Shown one piece after another: positions 1 through 8,169 of a stretch of 56,010 nt of DNA (within the stretch, counting starts at the first letter, position 1; every line of letters begins with the position of its first letter). Both the position numbers and the translations under genes were made by a program. Below the pieces are notes generated by a model. That model had not been told where the DNA came from. It ran no database searches and saw nothing but the letters and a program-made list of their open reading frames with translations. The DNA comes from a virus (Duplodnaviria > Caudoviricetes): positions 1 through 56,010 of the IMG/VR virus record IMGVR_UViG_3300012005_000008; one strand, given 5' to 3'.

Positions 1-108
1 CCAGCAGTAGCAATTCCTGCTTCTGAAGCAGCCATAGCTGTAGCAGCTTCACCAGCAGTAGCAATTCCTGCTTCTGAAGCAGCCATAGCTGTAGCAGCTT
101 CACCAGCA
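1..108. repeat. Exact 51-bp tandem repeat (2 copies plus 6 nt) encoding a 17-aa unit, GEAATAMAASEAGIATA
   Basis: Positions 1-51 equal 52-102, followed by ccagca. Confidence 0.95.
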
Positions 109-2015
109 ACCCCACCCATTCCTAGCATTGATGCAAAGGCTGGTACTACCTTCTTAAGAACTGAAAACGCTACACCAAGTCCACGCTTAAATAAAACCAT
201 ACCCATGATAACACCAGGAACGGCAAGAGCAAAGTCAATCAAAGGACCACTAGCCAATGATTTCATCTGATCAGACAATAATGCAGTTACCTTTAAAAGA
301 TCTGCACTATATGAGTTTTGTGCTACTGCATCTTCTGCTGCTTTCTTACGATCAGCTAGCTCTTTTGGAGAGAATGTATTTGGATCAGTTTGATCTAATC
401 CTTTTGCTCTTGCTGTTGCAAGATCTTTACCAAAATCAAACATCCCCTTGCCTGCAGCTCCAGAACCTTCATAATATGCTTTTGCTGCTGTATTACTAAA
501 TTCATTAGTGCGCTGCATGACATTTGCGCGACTCTTTTCCATTTCGCGAGATAGACCAGCGTACTCATTTGACCGTTTAAAGTTATATAAATCTTCCTCA
601 CTTCCGCCGCCGTTAAGAAGCTGCGCATATTTTTGCATGGTTCCAGCATGCTTATCTAACTCTTCACCTTGGGCTTTAAACCTTGGATCTGCTTTTTGCT
701 GCGAAGAGAATTGCTGGAATAAATTTTGAAGGTTTACCGCTTCGGAATTCTTCTGTTGAATATTATTCTTATTGGGATCATACATATTCTCAAGCCTATC
801 ATTAAACTTGATAATTTGATCAGTAGATAATCCCATCGCCTTCAAGTTTCCTTGACGCTCCATGATTTCCTGCATTACAACGGCAACTTGTGACTTGTCT
901 AAGGTGTTTAGCCTTGAACGGAGCGTTGTCTCATTAACTTGCTGGTCCATCAAGTTTTCATAGTCTTTTGCTGAATCTCCGTATAAACCTGAAAATTCTT
1001 TAAATTGCTTTTTCATGGCCGCCATTGTGGCCATATAAGCTTTTTGATCCTTTATATTTTTAACAGGACTATTTGCATCTAATGGATTGTCACGTTGATC
1101 TAACAATCCAACGTTCTTAGATGTCTTAATGAAAGCTATTGCAGCTTCATTTGCGTGAACCCCAAGATAACCTAAGTCATCCTTAACATTACGAATTTGC
1201 TTCTCAAACTTTTCAATACCAGTAGCACCAGCTCCATATTGAAGAACCAAATCTCGATTTTCTCCAACCGCCTTCTCGAAATCTTGAATCGTCATGCGAA
1301 GTTTAACGGCAGATAAGTTAACCTGGAATAGAGTTCCTAGCAAACCACGCTCGGTTAACCTATTGGCTTGGTCATAGATCTTATCTAGACCTGCTGCCAT
1401 GTGCTTAAAGCCCTCTGACACTGAGAACAAGCTGAGGGCAGATTGTTTATATTTTTCAATAAGGTCACCGATACCCTTATTGTGTTTCTCGAGCAATCCA
1501 ATATTTTCAGTACGATGTTTGATTTCACTGCGAATGGTTGGAATACCATTCTCTAGTGAATCAAAGTAATCACTGGTGATTCCTTTGCTTAAGGCTTGTG
1601 CCTTAGCAGCATCTTTTAACGCGCTTGATACCTTATCATTAAGTTCATTCTGATATTTTGTTTTCTTAGCTTGATCTGTGGAACCCTTAATAATTTTCCC
1701 ATAGGTGTCTTGCAAAGCAGCAACGGTCTTTTCTAATCCAGCCTTATATCGTCCGTTAAGCTTATAGAGATCAGAGTAATCATCTTCAAGCTTAGAGAGG
1801 ACCTTGCTTAGTTCTTTCGTGTTGGTAATCTTACCTTGGTCTGCCTCATTAATGAGCTTAGAGTTTGCTAGCTGCTGAGCGATCGACTTTGTGAGCTTAT
1901 CTGCGTCCTTAGTGCTCAGCTTGTCAGTGAGGTCATTGAGCATAGATGACGCGTTTGATAGGTCGCGTAAGATGCTTTGGAGAACTCGGCTGCTGTCGTT
2001 GAGTGAATCGGCCAT
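1..2015 (-). CDS. Large helical, Ala/Gly-rich virion protein, tape-measure or baseplate-hub-like; 3' end runs off the window
   Basis: Not in the ORF track. ATG at 2015 reads MADSLNDSSRVLQSILRDLSN, and the same frame near the left edge reads VVPAFASMLGMGGVAGEAATAMAASEAGIATAG. I infer the frame is open throughout because the track lists no terminated ORF in it. It is divergent from the gp26/gp51 genes and has a TAAATA motif upstream. Confidence 0.65.
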   Translation of the reverse strand, partial: MADSLNDSSRVLQSILRDLSNASSMLNDLTDKLSTKDADKLTKSIAQQLANSKLINEADQGKITNTKELSKVLSKLEDDYSDLYKLNGRYKAGLEKTVAALQDTYGKIIKGSTDQAKKTKYQNELNDKVSSALKDAAKAQALSKGITSDYFDSLENGIPTIRSEIKHRTENIGLLEKHNKGIGDLIEKYKQSALSLFSVSEGFKHMAAGLDKIYDQANRLTERGLLGTLFQVNLSAVKLRMTIQDFEKAVGENRDLVLQYGAGATGIEKFEKQIRNVKDDLGYLGVHANEAAIAFIKTSKNVGLLDQRDNPLDANSPVKNIKDQKAYMATMAAMKKQFKEFSGLYGDSAKDYENLMDQQVNETTLRSRLNTLDKSQVAVVMQEIMERQGNLKAMGLSTDQIIKFNDRLENMYDPNKNNIQQKNSEAVNLQNLFQQFSSQQKADPRFKAQGEELDKHAGTMQKYAQLLNGGGSEEDLYNFKRSNEYAGLSREMEKSRANVMQRTNEFSNTAAKAYYEGSGAAGKGMFDFGKDLATARAKGLDQTDPNTFSPKELADRKKAAEDAVAQNSYSADLLKVTALLSDQMKSLASGPLIDFALAVPGVIMGMVLFKRGLGVAFSVLKKVVPAFASMLGMGGVAGEAATAMAASEAGIATAGEAATAMAASEAGIATA

Positions 2016-2027
2016 AGTGAAAATTCC

Positions 2028-2052
2028 TAAATAGAATACCAACTTCTATTTA
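2028..2052. promoter_or_regulatory. Opposed pair of late-promoter-like TAAATA motifs forming a 9-bp inverted repeat
   Basis: TAAATAGAA at 2028-2036 and TTCTATTTA at 2044-2052, between divergent genes. Confidence 0.6.
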
Positions 2053-2064
2053 CACAGGAATGCC

Positions 2065-2451
2065 ATGTCAGATGATTTGAAAAAGCTTGGAATAATCTTC
2101 CAAGATCCGCTAATTGTTGAAAAATACTATCAAAATCTCAAAGGAATCTTCATCTCTGGAATCGGTAAGCCAGACATGCAGGGAATGTTCCTAGATTTGA
2201 ACGCCCTCCCAAGCGTTCCATTTAACTTCAAGGAAGCGGTAATTAAGTGGTTAGTGTATGTCAATCTCACAAGAATACTTAAGGGTAGTGATCCGATCAT
2301 AACCTTACAGTTAGTCTTACAATGCCCAGTTTGGAAGATCATTAAGCCACCGATTCAACGGCTAACCCTAACCAAGGAAAATCTCTTTGGTAAACCAGCC
2401 ATTCTAGCTCACGGACAAAAGAAGAAGCCGAGTGGTATAAATAAAGGTTGA
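2065..2451 (+). CDS. Hypothetical protein
   Basis: 128-aa ORF with AGGA upstream; no motif recognised. Confidence 0.6.
   Translation: MSDDLKKLGIIFQDPLIVEKYYQNLKGIFISGIGKPDMQGMFLDLNALPSVPFNFKEAVIKWLVYVNLTRILKGSDPIITLQLVLQCPVWKIIKPPIQRLTLTKENLFGKPAILAHGQKKKPSGINKG
2436..2443 (+). promoter_or_regulatory. T4-type late promoter TATAAATA
   Basis: Exact T4 late consensus 35 nt upstream of the gp26-like gene. Confidence 0.75.
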
Positions 2452-2478
2452 TATAGCACATACCACAGGAGTTACTGA

Positions 2479-3303
2479 ATGAACACCAATCCCCTTCTCG
2501 GCAAAGTAAAGCTTCCAGGACGCGTCTTTAACCTTCCGTCGAAGGGTATGTTCTACCGTCCTGGAGAAGTCCTAGCTGAAAATATCAAAGATGGAGAAAT
2601 TCAAGTTAAGCCGATGTCTGCGTTGGCTGAACTGAAGATGCGATCAGCTGACTTGCTGATGTCTGGAAAGGTACTCGGAGAGGTATGTGCGGAATGTGTA
2701 CCAGAGATCCTTCACCCTGAAAAGCTGGTGACAAAGGATGTAGATGCGTTGTTTGCCTTCCTTGTTATCTCTACCTACGGATCAACAAAAGATATAAAGT
2801 CAATTCACGAGTGTGAAAATGCTAAGGTTCATGATTACTCCGTAAGCCTAGACCCGATCGTCGGAGATCCCCATAATCAAGTCCTTGAACACAAGGACTT
2901 GATCTACTCTGTTGAGATATCAACTGGACAAAGGGTGGTGCTCAAGCCGGTGACGTTCACCGATAGCCTGGAGCTCTTAAGCTTGCGTCAAGAGATAGGT
3001 CGAATTGAGATGGCTGGATCTCAAGTAAGTTCGGCGTTGATTGAAAAGATGGTCATCAATGACTTGCTTTGCGTCATTGATGCCGTAGAGGATGAGTCGA
3101 TTCAGCTCCGTGTTACAGATCGAGCGATGATCACGGAGTGGTTGAGAGAGCTTGGTAGCAAGGATACCACCAAAATAGTTGAAGCTGCCAATAAGACAGC
3201 TGATTGGGGATTTGACTTCGGAGTAAAAATTAAGTGTAAGGACTGCGGAGCTGAGTACCGGCATGGACTCGAGCTCAATCCGATAAATTTTTTCTCGGGG
3301 TGA
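2479..3303 (+). CDS. gp26: Baseplate hub subunit, T4 gp26-like
   Basis: LPSKGMFY...VKPMSA.AE start, D.DALF.....STYG motif, and C-terminal CKDC...LELNPINFF. Confidence 0.8.
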   Translation: MNTNPLLGKVKLPGRVFNLPSKGMFYRPGEVLAENIKDGEIQVKPMSALAELKMRSADLLMSGKVLGEVCAECVPEILHPEKLVTKDVDALFAFLVISTYGSTKDIKSIHECENAKVHDYSVSLDPIVGDPHNQVLEHKDLIYSVEISTGQRVVLKPVTFTDSLELLSLRQEIGRIEMAGSQVSSALIEKMVINDLLCVIDAVEDESIQLRVTDRAMITEWLRELGSKDTTKIVEAANKTADWGFDFGVKIKCKDCGAEYRHGLELNPINFFSG

Positions 3304-3536
3304 TTGACACGAATGACCATCAGCTAATTGGTCAAGTAATTTCGACCTTCACCCGTCAAAACGAAGCCCTGTTAGATCAGATAACGTCAATCGGGTACTA
3401 CATGCGTGGACATTACTCGAGAGATGACATTTGGTCTTTAACGTTTGTTGAGCGTGAAAAAGATATTGAGTTCTTGAACAAGAGGATGGAGGACGCCAAG
3501 GAGATGATGAAGAATGGCGTCCAGGTGTTTATTTAG
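3300..3536 (+). CDS. gp51: Baseplate hub assembly protein, T4 gp51-like
   Basis: Short ORF overlapping gp26 with YYMRG.YSRDDIWSLTFVER, the gp51-like pattern. Confidence 0.7.
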   Translation: MIDTNDHQLIGQVISTFTRQNEALLDQITSIGYYMRGHYSRDDIWSLTFVEREKDIEFLNKRMEDAKEMMKNGVQVFI

Positions 3537-3843
3537 GAAGTGCTGCAAATTCTGTACAACCATGACCGGTAAAAACATAGCAAATCAAATCTCCTGGTAG
3601 GTTCCAAAAAATCATCTTAAAGAATGCCCAGATGATTTGACCTACTGGAACCAAAATTTCCCAAAGTCCACCGTAGAATCCAACCCTCCAGAGAGCGATA
3701 GCTCCAAAAATCAGAAGTACCCAAAAGATAAGAGTTAGACCATCCTTCATCCAGTTTGGAAGGATACGACCTAAGACATAAAGAACTCCACCGATGATAG
3801 CAGTTTGCTTGAGGTCTTTATAGTCTTCGTTGAAATCTTGCAT
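3529..3843 (-). CDS. Small membrane protein
   Basis: Two or three hydrophobic segments, AGGAG ribosome-binding site, and its own early-type promoter. Confidence 0.7.
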   Translation of the reverse strand: MQDFNEDYKDLKQTAIIGGVLYVLGRILPNWMKDGLTLIFWVLLIFGAIALWRVGFYGGLWEILVPVGQIIWAFFKMIFWNLPGDLICYVFTGHGCTEFAALPK

Positions 3844-3880
3844 GGTAGCTCCTAATTAAGGTGTTCCTGTCGATAGATTT

Positions 3881-3910
3881 ATTATAATCTGACTAAGACT
3901 AGAAGTAAAC
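3881..3910 (-). promoter_or_regulatory. Early sigma70-type promoter GTTTAC-N18-TATAAT
   Basis: Minus strand reads GTTTAC (3910-3905) then TATAAT (3886-3881); same spacing at three other sites. Confidence 0.8.
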
Positions 3911-3917
3911 AACTAAT

Positions 3918-3990
3918 TACCGAGGCGATAGCCGAGTATGGTGGAAGGCGCCAGCCGACACCTGAAGAGGACCGGCTTCTGGTCCGAGGC
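3918..3990 (+). other. Cluster of three GC-rich hairpins with GA-rich internal loops
   Basis: TAC-CGA-GGC-GATA-GCC-GA-GTA; GGTG-GAA-GGC-GCCA-GCC-GA-CACC; GAAGA-GGACC-GGCTTCT-GGTCC-GA. Confidence 0.55.
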
Positions 3991-4002
3991 ACTACTTGAA
4001 AC

Positions 4003-4659
4003 CTAGATTTGTTTGGGTTGAAGTTTACCGCAACGCTTCAAGAAATCGATGATCCATGGATCAGTTTTAATTTTTTGAGTTCCGATGGCAGGTCTCTCCG
4101 CCGAGGAACTCACATCTTGGCGCTTGAAATCTTTATATGATTCATGTATAGTGGTTACAGTTGATTTATCTTTAACTAAATCACGAATAATAACCTTGAA
4201 TGAAGTCACCCAATAGCAAACCATCTTTAAAAACCACATCATCTTCTTCCCATGTTGCTCCGTAATAAACTGGAGAACGCTCTTAAAGAAGCTCATGAAT
4301 TCATCGACCGCGGCTTGGCCTTGGTCCTTAATCCACCGAACCAATTGCTTCAACAATCCGCGATAATCATAGGTTGAAATTTGACCAGCCCCAAGGTTAT
4401 GTCCTTGAACTAGTGGATACACCGTGTTGATGTGTTTGACGTAACCTCGCTGTCCAAGCTCTTTAACGAAAAGAGACTTGGACAGCTTTATTGATTCTCT
4501 GGTCGCAAAGCCTACCGATGCCCACTTGATGATGTGGGCAACCTGTACACGCTGTGTTGAGGACCATCGAGACGGATTAACATCTCGATATTGTAGCTCA
4601 AAGCTTCGTTGAGCCTCTAGGTGCGATGACTTCCGAGGCTTATAAACCTTTGGAATCAT
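4003..4659 (-). CDS. Hypothetical basic protein
   Basis: 218-aa Lys/Arg-rich ORF whose start overlaps the upstream stop codon. Confidence 0.65.
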   Translation of the reverse strand: MIPKVYKPRKSSHLEAQRSFELQYRDVNPSRWSSTQRVQVAHIIKWASVGFATRESIKLSKSLFVKELGQRGYVKHINTVYPLVQGHNLGAGQISTYDYRGLLKQLVRWIKDQGQAAVDEFMSFFKSVLQFITEQHGKKMMWFLKMVCYWVTSFKVIIRDLVKDKSTVTTIHESYKDFKRQDVSSSAERPAIGTQKIKTDPWIIDFLKRCGKLQPKQI

Positions 4660-4922
4660 TTACGGCGAGAATCCTCGATCTTCTCCATCTCCTTCTTAAG
4701 GTGGAGATAAACAGCTCGCTGTGATCGTGGAGCTACTCGTTTTTGTCCGTCGAATACGTGGAGCTTTTCAACTCCAACTTCCCCGTCCTCTCCAGACTTT
4801 TGGACCATGACATCCTTAGCTGTATTTTTCACGGTGATGAATTCGTGAACTGGGAGCTCACCTTGTTGCTTTTGGAGATTGCGGACAAGCTTCCGCAGTG
4901 CTTTTGCTTTCTTTGAGTTCAT
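4656..4922 (-). CDS. Hypothetical basic protein
   Basis: 88-aa ORF starting MNSKKAKALRK, packed in the operon. Confidence 0.7.
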   Translation of the reverse strand: MNSKKAKALRKLVRNLQKQQGELPVHEFITVKNTAKDVMVQKSGEDGEVGVEKLHVFDGQKRVAPRSQRAVYLHLKKEMEKIEDSRRK

Positions 4923-5096
4923 ATATTTTATCGTTTAAAATTACATTAGGTAATGCTCGCATTGCTCTTGTTCTTCCCAGGCGCGGCTCAAGAACCGAAC
5001 CTGATCCCATGACACCACGATGAAGGTTGGCCACCAATATGGTAGCGTCGCCATCACCGCTAAATCTATGATCAAGTACATACTTGCCTCCACATA

Positions 5097-5663
5097 TTAG
5101 GAAACTTTCCACCAATCCAAATCTAATAGAGCTTCCTTTAGCAGGAAAACTGTAATGGATCTGTACGGCTCATTATATACCATCGTCAATGTGGCGCTGG
5201 TATTCTTAGGGGGTTTAGTTGTGATCGTATCAACGCCGCAGTAGGTCTCGGTGCGATTGAACTTGAAGATCAATAGTGGCTCTTTAGACACCTTCTGGGC
5301 ATCGGTTGACGCTTGCTCAAACCACCCACGAATCTGGGTGTTGGGTTTAAAAAGCATGTCAAAGGAGTCACACTCTTTATAAAATTTACACTCGAGCGAG
5401 AACCGAAGCTTCCAACCATGATCCTTGAACACATCTTCTTCATTGGTAGGAACTACGTCTCCTACAAATAAAGACGCCGCCGCATTTGAGTAACGGTGCA
5501 TGAATCGACTGTTAACTCCGCCGAGGATAGCACCGGATGATTGTGACCGACGAAATTGCATCGGTGGTAGAGCTTCGGTCAAGATCTTACAGACCTTGTT
5601 CTCAAACCCGCCGCCCTTGGCCTTGCTGTTGACCCTTTTCTTTTTAATTACTTCTTCGGACAT
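5097..5663 (-). CDS. Holliday junction resolvase-like PD-(D/E)XK nuclease
   Basis: SKAKG..FE..V, RRSQSSGA, GD, ECK and W..QA motifs typical of phage Hjc-like resolvases. Confidence 0.75.
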   Translation of the reverse strand: MSEEVIKKKRVNSKAKGGGFENKVCKILTEALPPMQFRRSQSSGAILGGVNSRFMHRYSNAAASLFVGDVVPTNEEDVFKDHGWKLRFSLECKFYKECDSFDMLFKPNTQIRGWFEQASTDAQKVSKEPLLIFKFNRTETYCGVDTITTKPPKNTSATLTMVYNEPYRSITVFLLKEALLDLDWWKVS

Positions 5664-5875
5664 GGTGGTTTGACAAACATTGCTTTACATTTAATTATTT
5701 CAGTGTCAAAAAATTCTACAGTGAAAAGTGTTCCTGAGCTCGTTTGCTTAACTTTAACATCTACGCAACCATTAACGCGTTTAAGCATCGCTCTACGTCC
5801 AGTTTCTAGGGTTTCAAACATGGTGCTAAAGATTACCTTCCTGATGGCTTCTTCGCGCTTACTTATCTTCATCAT
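5648..5875 (-). CDS. Hypothetical protein
   Basis: 75-aa ORF filling the operon gap and overlapping both neighbours. Confidence 0.5.
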   Translation of the reverse strand: MMKISKREEAIRKVIFSTMFETLETGRRAMLKRVNGCVDVKVKQTSSGTLFTVEFFDTEIIKCKAMFVKPPCPKK

Positions 5876-6816
5876 CTTCTCTCATCTGGGTTATAATATG
5901 CTCTTGGTTCAGCTGTTTGTTCCCTTAGGTTGATTCCAAAGGTGCTCTCCCAGCTGTTTATCGTTCTAACGTTACCAAGACCATATTTATTTAGGTGGAT
6001 GATAGAAGTGGGTAGCGCATCCCTAGAAGATTTTAACCCAACCAGCACCAGGCACCGCTCGATAGATCTACTATTCAAAAATGAATCATGGGGGCTGGCT
6101 GACTGGATGGTATGGTGCTCGTGCTGTTGATATTGTCGATACGCATGATAGCAAAAACAAAATCGTGGTGAGAAGCTGGTGTAACCTTTTGTCCATAGCC
6201 TCATCGCGATTGAAAATTCTTCTCCGTGAAAATAATAATATGGATCACATGGAATATCTTCACAGATGGTTCCACGAGAAAATAAAACTCCAGCAGCGAT
6301 GAATGGAGTCATCAGCGGTTTAGCGGTAGGCTTGTACATCTTCATGGAGATGGCAGCCCCGACGGTGATGGGTATCTTCTGATAGAAATGGTGAAGCTTT
6401 AGCTCATTGAATTCAGCTTCATACCGTTCACCGGTGGCGATAACAAAATTAGGAGGGAACGTTGTTAGGACGGGCTTTTCAGCCAAGCACCCTTCAAGCT
6501 CCAGTTTCAACTTGAGATCCCATTGAGGCACAAACCTCATGTGACTGTCAGATTGAAAGAAGTATTTTTCTCCGTTGTAATGTTTGAATGCTTCTGCACG
6601 AGCCTTGGTCGGACCTTCTGCCCAGCTTGATTCAAAGAAGTGTAGCTCAACTTGCGAAGAACGGATACACACATAATCTCGCCACTTCGGCATCTCATCT
6701 TGGATGATGACACATATGTGAAGCTTCTCTGGATATTTCGCGGTCTCAATCATATCCCTGACGGTATTGATGACGTCAAGGTCTCTATAACAAACAATGC
6801 TTACGAAGGTATCCAA
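5872..6816 (-). CDS. GT60/Gnt1-like N-acetylglucosaminyltransferase (GT-A fold)
   Basis: TFVSIVCYRD...TVRDMIETAKYPEKL.I.V..Q start, AEGPTKAR, YFFQSDSHMRF...WD (DSH metal motif), AAG.LF, P.DP..YFHGEE..IA.RLWT.GY and H.Y; matches the Skp1-hydroxyproline GlcNAc-transferase family pattern. Confidence 0.8.
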   Translation of the reverse strand: MDTFVSIVCYRDLDVINTVRDMIETAKYPEKLHICVIIQDEMPKWRDYVCIRSSQVELHFFESSWAEGPTKARAEAFKHYNGEKYFFQSDSHMRFVPQWDLKLKLELEGCLAEKPVLTTFPPNFVIATGERYEAEFNELKLHHFYQKIPITVGAAISMKMYKPTAKPLMTPFIAAGVLFSRGTICEDIPCDPYYYFHGEEFSIAMRLWTKGYTSFSPRFCFCYHAYRQYQQHEHHTIQSASPHDSFLNSRSIERCLVLVGLKSSRDALPTSIIHLNKYGLGNVRTINSWESTFGINLREQTAEPRAYYNPDERR

Positions 6817-7278
6817 CTATTTTTTCATCCAAGACTCAATTTCAGCTTTATCTAGTAACCAACGCTCAAATGTCTTATTTGAGAGACAGATTTCAGAGCG
6901 CGTTGACCTAATTAGAGCAATAGCATCTAACGGTTTCTTGCCTTGATAAATTAGAGCTAGGGCTACGATCAATGCTGATCGATTTATGCCGGCCGTACAA
7001 TGGACTAACGTTGGACCCTTCTTGATACAATCTAGCACCATCTTCGCCAATGTATGAATCATCTCAATCTTTGGCATATATTCTGCATCATCGAATGGCT
7101 GACACACAACCATTTGACCTATTGCGACATGATATGTCGGTCGGCCATTAAGCGCAAACACATACTTCATGTCATGAATTGACGATGGGTGAGATCCTAA
7201 CCAAAGGTTAGGAATAATTTCATGCTTGGCTGCGACTATACCGAGCTCTACTTCATCGCTATAATTTGATTTTGACAT
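6817..7278 (-). CDS. Dual-specificity / tyrosine protein phosphatase
   Basis: Catalytic loop VHCTAGINRS (HCX5R), EIIPNLWLGS, and N..F..WL. Confidence 0.9.
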   Translation of the reverse strand: MSKSNYSDEVELGIVAAKHEIIPNLWLGSHPSSIHDMKYVFALNGRPTYHVAIGQMVVCQPFDDAEYMPKIEMIHTLAKMVLDCIKKGPTLVHCTAGINRSALIVALALIYQGKKPLDAIALIRSTRSEICLSNKTFERWLLDKAEIESWMKK

Positions 7279-7283
7279 ATAAT

Positions 7284-8144
7284 TTATCTCTTTACTGTTC
7301 GTGAAAGCGGCATCCTATGGGCGTGATAGTTATCAACCTGTTTAGGATTGGCTGGATTTAGGGCTGCATGTTGAGACATTATAACAGGCTCAGCACCCAT
7401 TGGGTTAGAAAGAACTCGCTCGCCCTTGACCTTATTTCGAAGAGCTAATCGTTCCTTAGACGGCATCGGATCTCCGATACTGCGGGAAGCTGCAGTTACT
7501 TGGGTCCAGCCAGTTGTAGTAGGATTGACATTGAAGAGCGAGATGTAACCGCCAGAGCCTAGCGTTAATGGGGCCGGCAGGGCATTTAAGAAGTCAACCT
7601 TACTTCCAGCCGGATAAGAAGATTCAAACCAACCAGGGTATACAAAATTTGCTACCTCAACGCTACCAATTTGATAACCTTCACCGTGTGCTTGCACGGG
7701 ATCACAAACCTCATAAGCAATTAATTGTCCAGTAGTTTGCGAGTCTTGGTTAAACGCTGCAAGTTCACAGTAAGGATCAACCAACATCTCAAGGATCTCG
7801 TGGCTAAAGACGACGGACCACGGAAAGTTAAAGTTTCCAGCAGTGTTGACGAATACTTTACCGAGAGGGTTACCTGTTGATGTTACGTCATGATATCCGA
7901 GCTCATTAGCTACGTCTGAGTTATCAAGGATAACGATCTGCCATTGGTTGTAGGCTCGGTGAACATCATAAACTTGTAGGTTGGCGTTGATACCCCACAC
8001 CGGAAAGAAATCACGTGTAATTTGAATCTGGATCGCCCGCATGGTGTTGCGTAGTTCATCGGCAGAAATTGTCGTGGACAAGTTATTGACGTAGATGTCG
8101 ATTCCACGTTGGCTCTCATAAAGGATGGCGGGCGTTTGTAACAT
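7284..8144 (-). CDS. Putative metal-dependent hydrolase with HExxE motif
   Basis: LGYHD, FSHEILEMLVDP, EVCDPV and VANFVYP.WF motifs; GATAAATA upstream at 8174-8167. Confidence 0.5.
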   Translation of the reverse strand: MLQTPAILYESQRGIDIYVNNLSTTISADELRNTMRAIQIQITRDFFPVWGINANLQVYDVHRAYNQWQIVILDNSDVANELGYHDVTSTGNPLGKVFVNTAGNFNFPWSVVFSHEILEMLVDPYCELAAFNQDSQTTGQLIAYEVCDPVQAHGEGYQIGSVEVANFVYPGWFESSYPAGSKVDFLNALPAPLTLGSGGYISLFNVNPTTTGWTQVTAASRSIGDPMPSKERLALRNKVKGERVLSNPMGAEPVIMSQHAALNPANPKQVDNYHAHRMPLSRTVKR

Positions 8145-8169
8145 AGAAGACTCCAGTTAAGGAAGTTAT

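Noticed and set aside
257-729. Short ORFs 257-499, 395-649 and 508-729
   Set aside because: They lie within the long minus-strand gene at 1-2015 and look like shadow frames.
3918-3990. GC-rich intergenic stretch as a tRNA or terminator
   Set aside because: No cloverleaf, T-loop consensus or U tract; kept only as an unexplained structured element.
4858-5115. 85-aa minus-strand ORF
   Set aside because: It overlaps both neighbours and has no motif or clear ribosome-binding site; it may be real but is not supportable.
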